Origin: Candidatus Saccharimonadota bacterium
Lineage (GTDB): Bacteria; Bacteroidota; Bacteroidia; Cytophagales; Amoebophilaceae
Reading direction: 5' to 3'
Assembly: GCF_936981045.1 (NCBI RefSeq)
Contig: NZ_OW441264.1
Coordinates: 570,001 to 602,000 of the forward strand
Length of the DNA stretch: 32,000 bases
Shown here: positions 1-8,090 of the stretch, in pieces
How positions within the stretch are numbered: the stretch's first letter is position 1
Layout: every line of letters starts with the position of its first letter
Notes under the pieces: model-generated
What the model saw: the letters and a program-made list of their open reading frames with translations, nothing else
The model's database searches: none
Told to the model about the DNA's origin: nothing
Position numbers and translations under genes: made by a program

Positions 1-362
1 AAATTAACCAGGCGATTCATGATTTGCTCATTGCCTATGGTCTATCTCACCTAAGATATAGAAAATCACATCTGCTTAGTGGAGGTGAAAAGCAACTTTT
101 AGCCATTTTGTCTGTTCTGGTTATGGAGCCTACCTATATTGTATTTGATGAACCAACCACGTTTTTGGATCTGAAAAATAAGAGAAAAATACTTCAAGTA
201 ATAGACGAACTCCAGCAAACCATTATAATGGTTACGCATGACCTAGATCTGTTGGCTCATTTCGACCGTGTACTGGTTTTTGACCAAGGAGGCTTAGTTG
301 TAGATGATATCCCTTCTGTCTCTATAAAAGGCTATCAAAATCTAATATATGATCAATTGTAA
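1..362 (+). CDS. ecfA: ECF/ABC transporter ATP-binding protein, C-terminal part (5' end lies outside the window)
   Basis: The frame is open from the window edge. It has the ABC signature LSGGEKQ, Walker B IVFDEPT and H-loop VTHD, and overlaps the downstream EcfT-like gene by 14 nt. Confidence 0.8.
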   Translation, partial: INQAIHDLLIAYGLSHLRYRKSHLLSGGEKQLLAILSVLVMEPTYIVFDEPTTFLDLKNKRKILQVIDELQQTIIMVTHDLDLLAHFDRVLVFDQGGLVVDDIPSVSIKGYQNLIYDQL

Positions 363-939
363 AATATACATTAAGAAATTTTGTAGGATAGACCCTAAAT
401 GGAAGCTCATGCTGCTTATACTAGTAGCGAGTTTATCTTTTATAGTATATGATTGGCGTTTTTACCTAGTAAATCTGCTTATAACCTTTTCTTTAAGTTG
501 CTTAACGCATAGTACTTATAAGCAATTGCTTAAGCCAATAAGGTCTTATTTTTACCTATTGATTATAATTTTCGTGCTGCATTCCATTTGGGGGGATTGG
601 GTAGATGGCATAAAGGTGATACTCAGATTATGTAACATTGTAATGTTTGCTTCATGGATCCTATTGACCACATCTAGTTCAGATATGATTGAGGGATTAA
701 CGGCTTTACTAAAGCCATTATCATATATTGGGGTAAAGCCTACTGAGGTTGGCCTTTCTTTTGCGCTAGCCGTACGTTTTACTCCACTGATCATCGATAC
801 CTTTAAGGAAGTAAAAATAGCTCAAAAAGCAAAAGGAATAGATAAAAATTTTATAGCCATACTTATTCCTTCAATTATAAAAACCATAAAAATGGCAGAT
901 GATATAGCGGAAGCCATAGAGGCTCGATCCTGCGAATAA
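349..939 (+). CDS. ecfT: ECF transporter transmembrane (T) component, CbiQ/EcfT family, probably 3'-truncated
   Basis: Polytopic hydrophobic protein with the family-typical [18 protein letters not shown] and AIEAR motifs. The stop codon lies 5 nt before an IS6 terminal repeat (945), and the usual C-terminal segment after the AxEAR motif is missing. Confidence 0.7.
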   Translation: MINCKIYIKKFCRIDPKWKLMLLILVASLSFIVYDWRFYLVNLLITFSLSCLTHSTYKQLLKPIRSYFYLLIIIFVLHSIWGDWVDGIKVILRLCNIVMFASWILLTTSSSDMIEGLTALLKPLSYIGVKPTEVGLSFALAVRFTPLIIDTFKEVKIAQKAKGIDKNFIAILIPSIIKTIKMADDIAEAIEARSCE

Positions 940-944
940 GGTCT

Positions 945-1122
945 GGTTCTGTCGCTTCTATATTTTCGTTAGTAACGTCTTTTCTTTTAAGTGAAGTTTT
1001 GGATATATATTGGTTATTATTCGGCCACTAGCATAACAAAATTCTCAAAAGTAGAAAGATGATTTTTAGCTCCGATTACTTGTCCTTTTTGAATCATAGG
1101 AATGTTTTCTATCCCTGCAATG
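945..1122 (-). mobile_element. IS6-family right-end fragment (IRR plus last transposase codons)
   Basis: Reverse complement of 10721-10898 of the full copy. It starts with GGTTCTGTCGC and encodes ..TIAGIENIPMIQKGQ.. on the minus strand. Confidence 0.85.
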
Positions 1123-1446
1123 GTCTAGAGTAAAGAAATGGTTGGACCACTTAAAATTAAGCATATCTATTGCTTCTGATTGCTCGCAATACAGTAGCTG
1201 ACTAACTTGATTCTTCATTGTTTACCCATTCCCTTCTCATCCCAAGGTACGTTCAGTTTTCCCGAATACGGCGGTCCGACAGTCTTCTTCATAAACCTTG
1301 CACAACTCTCTCAGGATAGTTAATCATTCCACTACCAATGTACAACATCCCCATTGTATAGAGTTTGCTATTGGGATAGCTTTGCCACCCACACCCACGG
1401 CCTTTTCTTCTATGGGTTAAGTATCTGCGAAATCGGTTATTAATAA
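1123..1446 (-). mobile_element. Group II intron 3' fragment (end of RT/maturase ORF, domain V, 3' tail), decayed
   Basis: Reverse complement of about 10400-10720, still joined to the same IS6 exon. The 3' strand of domain V carries substitutions (GTACCTTGG instead of GTACGGTGG). Confidence 0.85.
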
Positions 1447-2435
1447 CCTGAGTTCGGGATTAGCTTGTTAAAAAATAGCTTTAAAAAGCTCCTTTATGTT
1501 TTAAATTTGGAGATAAAAAAATACTAACCAGATTACCCAAAGGAGCTAGTTATAAATGTAGAAAAGTTAGTTGAAATATATTATGCTGTTAATGAATTTC
1601 TCATAAAGTTTATGCCGTATATGGAAAAACAACTGTTAACCAACTCTAAAAGAAAACCCACTAGAACTTGTTCATTAACTTTGAGTGAAATAATGACTGT
1701 TCTTATTGCCTTTCATGTGATTGGTTTTAGAAATTTTAAGTCTTATTATATTCATTTACAGCAATTTCATTCTAGTAAATTTGGAAAGTTAGTAAGCTAG
1801 AATAGATTTATAGAACTGATCCAAAGAACGTTAGTTCCCTTGTACTGTTTTACACAAAGTCTTTCTAAAACAAAAACAGGTTGTTATTTTATGGATGCAA
1901 CAGCCATCAAGGTTTGCCATATCAAAAGAGCCTATACGCACAGGGTTTTTAAATCGATTGCTACTAAAGGTAAAACCAGCATCGGTTGGTTTTTTGGATT
2001 AAAGTTGCACTTGATAGTCAATGATTTAGGAGAAATCATGAATTTTCGACTGACCACAGGTAAAACTAATGATAGGCTTCCTGTAGAAAATTTATGTAAA
2101 CACTTCATGGGTAAAATGTTTGCCGATAAAGGTTACATAAGCAAAGATTTATTTAAAAAACTGATCGAGAAAGGCGTGGAACTCATTACCCAGATCAGAA
2201 AAAATATGAAAAATGCTTTTATGCCACTCTGGGATAAACTGATGCTTAGAAAACGATCTATAATTGAAACTATTATAGATCATCTCAAAAATATTAGCCA
2301 GATAGAACATTCCAGGCATAGAAGCATACCTAATTTTCTAGTCAATTTGATAACTGGAATTACAGCTTATGCACTAAAAGAGAAAAAACCTTCTATAACT
2401 AATATATATATGACTGGTTCACAATACGTCTAATC
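1447..2435 (+). mobile_element. IS982-family element, copy 1, right end cut off by an IS256 insertion
   Basis: Left TIR (AA)CCTGAGTTCGGGATTAG. Collinear with the intact copy at 13511-14512 up to ..CGTCTAATC, where an IS256 terminus begins. Confidence 0.9.
1552..2435 (+). pseudogene. IS982-family transposase, inactivated
   Basis: Start codon is ATA where copy 2 has ATG (1552-1554). In-frame TAG at 1798-1800 where copy 2 reads TAC. The ORF track shows it split into 1612-1800 and 1840-2433. Confidence 0.85.
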
Positions 2436-3778
2436 GGAAGTGTTCTATAAACTGTGTCAAGGCGATAAAAAGTTATAAATTAATTAAATAAACATTAAAG
2501 GTTTTAGACATGGAAGAAAATAAGGACAATTCCTATGTTGGTTTAGTAGATTACAAATTTCTGGAGGAAAATATTTTGTGCTCTATCCGTTTAGGTAAGC
2601 CTTTAACAGGAAAAGGTGGTGCTTTAACGCCTCTGATAAAAAAGCTTCTAGAGGCAAGTCTAGAAGGTGAAATGGCACACCATTTATCTAGTGATTCAAC
2701 AGAAAATAATAGAAGAAATGGAAAAAGCTCTAAAACTTTACGTACAAGTTCTGGTTCCTTTGATCTGCTAACTCCTAGGGATAGGACAGGTAGTTTCGAT
2801 CCACAAATAGTTAAAAAGCGTCAAACAAGCCTACATCCTGAGCTGGAAAGCAAGATCTTAAGCATGTTTTCTAGTGGTATGAGCTATAAATCTATAGCCG
2901 TTTATGTTGAAGAGATCTATGATCATAAAGTATCAGCTGCTGAAATATCATCTATTACAGATAGCTTGTTACCGATAATAAATGAATGGCGTAACCGCCC
3001 TCTTCAATCAGTTTATCCGATAGTTTTCATGGATGGGATATTTTTTAAGGTAAAAGAAGATGGCAGATGTGTAAGCAAATGCATGTATACCTTATTAGGC
3101 ATAGATCAAGAGGGTAAAAAAGAAGTATTGGGATTTTATTTGTCTGAAAGTGAGGGGGCTAACTTCTGGTTGGGTGTACTTAACGAGCTTAAGGAAAGAG
3201 GTGTAGAAGATATCCTTATTGCCTGTGTTGATGGCCTAAAAAGCTTTCCTTCAGCCATAAATAGCGTTTTCCCTAATGCACAAGTGCAGGTCTGTGTAGT
3301 ACATCAGATACGAAACTCACTCAAGTATGTAGCTATCAAAGACGTAAAACGTTTTTTAACTGATTTAAAGCAAATATATCAAGCTTCAAGTAAGGAAGTT
3401 GCTGAGCATTATCTATTGGAATTAGAAGAAAAATGGGGGGGGAAGTATCCAATGGTTACCAAATCTTGGCAAAATAATTGGGAACATTTGTCTGGTTATT
3501 TTAAGTATTCAGATCCTGTCAGAAGGCTAATTTATACCACCAATCCTATAGAAAGCTTGCATAGGCAGATTAGGAAGTTTACCAAGACAAAACGTTTACC
3601 AGTATAAATGCTTTGTATAAATTAGTATATTGTGCCATAAAGAAGATCGAGGATAAATGGACTATTCCGCTGCGAAACTGGGCGCTGACTATATCTCAGA
3701 TAGACATCTTTTTTCCCGGTAGATTAAAAGAGACGTTGAGATGAACAGGAGATGTGAAACAGTTTATAAAACACTTCC
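2436..3778 (+). mobile_element. IS256-family element, type 1
   Basis: Imperfect TIRs GGAAGTGTTCTATAAACTGTGTCA and (reverse complement) GGAAGTGTTTTATAAACTGTTTCA. A second copy lies at 22405-23751 on the minus strand. Confidence 0.85.
2510..3744 (+). pseudogene. IS256-family (mutator-type) transposase with a 3' frameshift
   Basis: The 365-aa ORF has typical IS256 motifs (IACVDGLKSF, VQVCVVHQIRN, YTTNPIESLHRQIRK). A 4-nt deletion relative to the other copy (ACAAAACGTTT versus ACAAAAGGAGCGTTT) near 3592 truncates the C-terminus. Confidence 0.8.
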
Positions 3779-3818
3779 GAAAAGCCTTTACTAACGGAAA
3801 TGTAGACGCGACAGAACC
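3779..3818 (+). mobile_element. IS6-family right-end remnant (~40 bp)
   Basis: AAAGCCTTTACTAACGGAAATGTAGACGCGACAGAACC matches the last 40 bp of the IS6 copies ending at 10898 and at 945/7926 (reverse complement). Confidence 0.75.
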
Positions 3819-3912
3819 ACTCTTCCTAGTCCTCGGAACCTCTTGTATATAGAATATTTAGATTTTTAAACATTATGCTATAAACATAAGTAATAGATGA
3901 ACGCTCTAGAAC

Positions 3913-4677
3913 TTATAACGTAGACTTTCTTGAGTATTCTTGAAAGCAAGGAAACGCACTACCATAGGTTTTTTCTAGTAAGCCAGCTGTAAAAACCTCT
4001 TTTGTATCACCAGAAGCTATAAGTGTATGGTTGAGCAACACCAGCCAATCAAAATAGCTATGTACGGATCCCAAGTCATGGTGTACGACCACAATCGTTT
4101 TCCCTGCTGCCACCATGTTTTTTAAAAGTGTAATAACCATTTTTTCTGTAGTAACATCTATACCTGTAAACGGTTCGTCCATAAAATACAATTCTGCATC
4201 TTGTGCCAATGCTCTCGCTAAAAATACGCGCTGCTGTTGTCCTCCAGATAGAGCTCCAATTTGTCGCTTGGCAAGATGGGCCATGCCCAACTTTTCTAAG
4301 CAATGCATAGCTACTGCTTTATCTCTTTTGTTAGGCCATTGAAAAAATCCCAATCTATTATACCTACCCAAAAGCGCAATGTCAAACACAGAAGCAGGAA
4401 AGTCCCAATCTACTGACTCTTTTTGGGGGACATAACTAATACGTCTTCTTACCTTGTGGATAGGTTCCCCAAATAATTTTATTTCACCCGTTTGACAAGG
4501 AATAAGCCCCATAGCAGCTTTCAGTAGGGTAGATTTACCTGCTCCATTGGGACCTATTATTCCAATAATTTTATGTGGTGGCAAACCAAAACTAACTTTT
4601 TCCAGCACAATTTTGCCCTTTGTATAGCCAACGGTTAAGTCTTTTATGCTTACGCTATACGCTTCTACCTGCATCAT
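3913..4677 (-). CDS. Metal (Zn/Mn/Fe) ABC transporter ATP-binding protein, ZnuC/TroB/MntB type
   Basis: Walker A GPNGAGKST, signature LSGGQQQR, Walker B LYFMDEPFTGID. Starts 2 nt after the stop of the upstream binding-protein gene. Confidence 0.9.
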   Translation of the reverse strand: MMQVEAYSVSIKDLTVGYTKGKIVLEKVSFGLPPHKIIGIIGPNGAGKSTLLKAAMGLIPCQTGEIKLFGEPIHKVRRRISYVPQKESVDWDFPASVFDIALLGRYNRLGFFQWPNKRDKAVAMHCLEKLGMAHLAKRQIGALSGGQQQRVFLARALAQDAELYFMDEPFTGIDVTTEKMVITLLKNMVAAGKTIVVVHHDLGSVHSYFDWLVLLNHTLIASGDTKEVFTAGLLEKTYGSAFPCFQEYSRKSTL

Positions 4678-4679
4678 GC

Positions 4680-5600
4680 TTATTTCAGTGCATTAACAAT
4701 CGTTGTGGCATTGGAACGGACCATGCCACAATAGGTTCCTTCTATAGTATCAGATGCACCTAGTGCATCAGAATAGAGGCAGCCTCCTACCACTACCTTA
4801 TGCCCATAATGGGCACAACCCTCTACTACAGCCTGCATGGATTTATCTGAAACAGAAGTTTCAAAAAAAACTGCTTTAATATTTCGTTCTATAACAAGCT
4901 CTACAATATTTTTAATGTTTTTTAACCCAGATTCAGGTATAGTAGAAACGCCTTGTAAACCAACTACTTCTATATTATACGCCTTGCTAAGGCAACCAAA
5001 AGCATCATGTGCTATGATCAGTACCCGCTGTTTTGCTCGAATAGATTGAATTTGGGTAGTAACTGATTGATGTAATTGCTTTAGTGCTTCTATATAAGCC
5101 AACGTATTATTTTGATAGTAAGCCGCTGATACGGGTCTTGCTTCTTGTAGCTTTTGACCGATAAAACTGACTACCTGTTTCCATAGTCTTACATCAAACC
5201 AGATATGGGGGTCTACCCCAATGGGACCGTATAGCAGCTCTGTTTTATTGAGGGCCTCACTAACCGCATAAGCTTTCCTTTCTTTAGACATTCTTTGCAA
5301 TAGATCTGTCATTTTATCCTCTAAATCAAGACCATTGTAAAATATTATATGCGCGCGCCTAAGCTGTTGCACATCTTTTTGGGTAGTTTGATATATATGA
5401 GGATCTATACCAGGTCCCATCAAATTCACTACTTGGGCATCCTCCTTCACAATGTTTTTAATAGCATCTCTCAAGATGTCTGTCGTGGTTAAAATACAAG
5501 AGGATAGGATCAAACAAGAAAATAGACAAAAAGCTTTATACGAATTTAATAATATGCATCTAGTAAAATTTTCTATCATACAGAATATTATGTTTAACAC
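4680..5600 (-). CDS. Metal ABC transporter substrate-binding lipoprotein (cluster A-I, TroA/ZnuA-like), paralog 2
   Basis: Motifs GPGIDPHIY, VDPHIWFD, IIAHDAFG, LYSDALG. Lipobox-like LFSC/LSSC. The likely true start is the ATG at 5579. Confidence 0.85.
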   Translation of the reverse strand: MLNIIFCMIENFTRCILLNSYKAFCLFSCLILSSCILTTTDILRDAIKNIVKEDAQVVNLMGPGIDPHIYQTTQKDVQQLRRAHIIFYNGLDLEDKMTDLLQRMSKERKAYAVSEALNKTELLYGPIGVDPHIWFDVRLWKQVVSFIGQKLQEARPVSAAYYQNNTLAYIEALKQLHQSVTTQIQSIRAKQRVLIIAHDAFGCLSKAYNIEVVGLQGVSTIPESGLKNIKNIVELVIERNIKAVFFETSVSDKSMQAVVEGCAHYGHKVVVGGCLYSDALGASDTIEGTYCGMVRSNATTIVNALK

Positions 5601-5794
5601 TACATACCCATTGATAGCCTATTGCTATAGGCTACTCGATCTTTTCTATCGCTTAGATAAGTCGACCCAATAATGCGATTGCACTTCTTTGTAATTTTAT
5701 AAGTGGGCAATGCAAAGCTAACTTTTTCCTTATAAATTTTTGCTATTTGTAAAGATGAATTATTATATCTTTATGCTTCTCTTAGATATCATAT

Positions 5795-6724
5795 TTATGA
5801 TAGTGCATTGACAATCGTTTTAGCATTGGCACTGACCATGCCACAATAGGTTACTTCTAGCGTATTAGGTGCACCCAGTGCATCAGAATAGAGGTAGCCC
5901 CCTACCCTTACTTTATGGCTGTAACGGGCACAACCTTCTACTACAGCCCGCATGGACTTATCTGAAACAGAAGTTTCAAAAAAAACTGCTTTAATATTTC
6001 GTTCTATAATAAGCTTTACAATGCGCCTAATATCTTTTAACCCGCACTCAGATGCAGTAGAAATACCCTGTAAACCAACTACTTCTATATCATAAGCCTT
6101 TCCAAAGTAACCAAAAGCATCATGTGCAGTAATCAATACCCGTTGTTTCTTTGGAATGGATTGGATTTGGGCAACAACCGATTGATGTAATTGCTCTAGT
6201 ACTTCCATATAAGTCAACGTATTATTTTGATAATAAGCCGCTGATTCAGGCTTTGCTGCTTGAAGTTTTTGACTGATAAAACCAATCACCTGTTTCCATA
6301 GCTTTACATCAAACCAGATATGGGGGTCTACTCCGATAGAACCGTCGCATAGTAGCTGTGTTTTATTGAGGGCATCACTAGCCGCATACACCTTCCTTGC
6401 TTTGGCCATTTCTTTCAATAGATTATTCATTTTGCCTTCCAAATCAAGGCCATTATAAAAGATTATATGCGCATGCATAAGCTGCTGTACATCTTTTTGA
6501 GTAGTTTGATAGGTATGAGGGTCTATACCAGGTCCCATTAGGCTGACTACACGCGCATCCTCTTTTACAATGTTTTCAACAGCGTCTCTGAGCATACCCG
6601 TGGTGGTTAAAATGGTAAATGGTTCGTCTGGAGTATGATCAACACACGAAAATAGGCTTAACCCAAAAAACAAATAAACCATCTTATACCTATTGGACGA
6701 TAGGTACCTAATAAAAGCTATCAT
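5795..6724 (-). CDS. Metal ABC transporter substrate-binding lipoprotein (TroA/ZnuA-like), paralog 1
   Basis: Same motif set as 4680-5600 and collinear with it along most of its length. Signal/lipobox GLSLFSC. Confidence 0.9.
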   Translation of the reverse strand: MIAFIRYLSSNRYKMVYLFFGLSLFSCVDHTPDEPFTILTTTGMLRDAVENIVKEDARVVSLMGPGIDPHTYQTTQKDVQQLMHAHIIFYNGLDLEGKMNNLLKEMAKARKVYAASDALNKTQLLCDGSIGVDPHIWFDVKLWKQVIGFISQKLQAAKPESAAYYQNNTLTYMEVLEQLHQSVVAQIQSIPKKQRVLITAHDAFGYFGKAYDIEVVGLQGISTASECGLKDIRRIVKLIIERNIKAVFFETSVSDKSMRAVVEGCARYSHKVRVGGYLYSDALGAPNTLEVTYCGMVSANAKTIVNALS

Positions 6725-6730
6725 ACAATA

Positions 6731-7390
6731 CTATAAAGTTATTAAAATATGATCTGTTATCTTACGAGATATATTAATTTTATGCTGGTTATCAATAGTT
6801 ACATCCATAGATTCATCAAATTGAATTTTTTCAACAACGGTTATTTTAGATCCCAAATAGATATTTCTTTTACCCAGATATTGTAAAAAGGGGGCTGAAT
6901 CATCTTTAATGGCACTTACTATACCACTTGCTCCCTCAGATAGATCTGTCATTAATAATCTGGGCTTAACTATAATGTTTCCATCAGCATTTGGAATCAC
7001 TATACCATGAGGGTTGCAATAGGGGTTGCCTAGAAAATTGTCCAGCCGATTTATCAGTATATTGGAGTCAATATGCTCTAGTTGTTCTGCGATCTCGTCT
7101 ATTTCACTCCATCCAAACTTTAGTTTATCTACTAAGAAAACCTCCCACAGCAAATGTTTTCTTAGAATCTTTATAGCAGATTGTTTCCCTGTTTCTGTCA
7201 AAGTTACACCTTGGTATTTTCGGTAGACAACCAGCCCTTTGCTATGTAGTTTCTGCATCATATCGGTAATGGATGCAGCACTGGTCTGTAAAAACTCCGC
7301 CATGGCCGTAGTGGAAACCAATGTTTCTTTCCTTTCCGAAAGCATATAAATGGCTTTTAAATAATTCTCTTCTGCATGTGTACGTTTCAT
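6731..7390 (-). CDS. DtxR/MntR/TroR-family metal-dependent transcriptional regulator with C-terminal FeoA/SH3-like domain
   Basis: N-terminal winged-helix region (ENYLKAIY..ASITDMMQKL..GLV). Dimerisation/metal region (LRKHLLWEVFL..EQLEH..CPHG-like NPHG). It is the first gene of the metal uptake operon. Confidence 0.85.
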   Translation of the reverse strand: MKRTHAEENYLKAIYMLSERKETLVSTTAMAEFLQTSAASITDMMQKLHSKGLVVYRKYQGVTLTETGKQSAIKILRKHLLWEVFLVDKLKFGWSEIDEIAEQLEHIDSNILINRLDNFLGNPYCNPHGIVIPNADGNIIVKPRLLMTDLSEGASGIVSAIKDDSAPFLQYLGKRNIYLGSKITVVEKIQFDESMDVTIDNQHKINISRKITDHILITL

Positions 7391-7406
7391 AACTATTGGG
7401 TTTAGT

Positions 7407-7414
7407 CAAATTTA
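7407..7414 (-). promoter_or_regulatory. Candidate Bacteroidota -7 promoter box (TAAATTTG on the minus strand)
   Basis: Matches the TAnnTTTG consensus about 17 nt upstream of the regulator start codon. This is a single motif hit only. Confidence 0.3.
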
Positions 7415-7419
7415 AATAA

Positions 7420-7441
7420 ATATTTAGACCTATCTAAATAT
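7420..7441. promoter_or_regulatory. Palindromic box 1, candidate DtxR-family operator
   Basis: ATATTTAG-N6-CTAAATAT has perfect 8-bp inverted arms. It lies 30-51 nt upstream of the regulator gene, next to the -7-like box. Confidence 0.4.
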
Positions 7442-7499
7442 CAATGCCCCCTCTCGATTTTAGATTGTATAGCTTACAGATTGAGACTTGTATAAAAAA

Positions 7500-7521
7500 A
7501 TATTTAGACTAGACTAAATAT
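7500..7521. promoter_or_regulatory. Palindromic box 2, candidate DtxR-family operator
   Basis: Same ATATTTAG-N6-CTAAATAT architecture, with shared flank AAATATTTAGAC..CTAAATAT, 80 bp from box 1. Confidence 0.35.
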
Positions 7522-7588
7522 TTTTAAATTTAATAATCAAACCAAAATATAATCTCTGTGCGCCAAGCGAAATGCTTATAAACTAATA

Positions 7589-7828
7589 ACGTGAGTTCGG
7601 GATTTATTTGAGTGATTTACAACAATTTAATATCAATTATTTAGTTAATATTTGCACCTATTTAACAAGTTTTTATACCTAATTTTATAAATATAATATA
7701 TATAATAAACTGATTACCAGAATTATTTGTTATTTAACTATTTATTTAACTGTCTATAAAACAAATTTTATAAATTTTCATTGATATTGATTATCAAATG
7801 AAAAAATAATCTAATCCCGAACTCAGGT
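7589..7828 (+). mobile_element. MITE (type 1, IS982-like termini), copy 1
   Basis: Termini ACGTGAGTTCGGGATT...AATCCCGAACTCAGGT. AT-rich non-coding interior. Flanked by TAATA on both sides. Confidence 0.85.
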
Positions 7829-7925
7829 TAATAGTTGAAAGAGCTATACAAGAAGTATGACCTACTACACTTGTTATCGAGTCTTGGGCTATAATTGGTA
7901 ACAACTATAGTTAAGCGTAGACAGA

Positions 7926-8090
7926 GGTTTTGTCGCTTCTATATTTTCGTTAGTAAAGGCTTTTCTTTTAAGTGAAGTTTTGGATATATATTGGGTATTA
8001 TTCGGCCATTAGCATAACAAAATTCTCAAAAATAGAAAGATGATTTTTAGCTCCGATTACTTGTCCTTTTTGAATCATAGGAATGTTTTC
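7926..8090 (-). mobile_element. IS6-family right-end fragment, cut by insertion of another IS6 copy
   Basis: Reverse complement of 10734-10898. It ends exactly where the left TIR of the next IS6 copy starts (8091). Confidence 0.85.

Noticed and set aside
552-794. 80-aa antisense ORF inside ecfT. Similar antisense or alternative-frame ORFs lie at 4837-5049, 5452-5673, 6991-7226, 8488-8691, 9948-10163, 13235-13426, 15115-15354, 18288-18491, 20755-20943 and 29264-29470.
   Set aside because: All lie within better-supported genes or IS transposase frames, or run across gene ends, and have no motifs. These are the expected chance ORFs of AT-rich DNA.
4076-4342. 75-aa ORFs on both strands inside the metal ABC ATPase gene.
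   Set aside because: They overlap a gene with a complete Walker A, signature and Walker B motif set. Their translations are compositionally odd and they have no independent start context.
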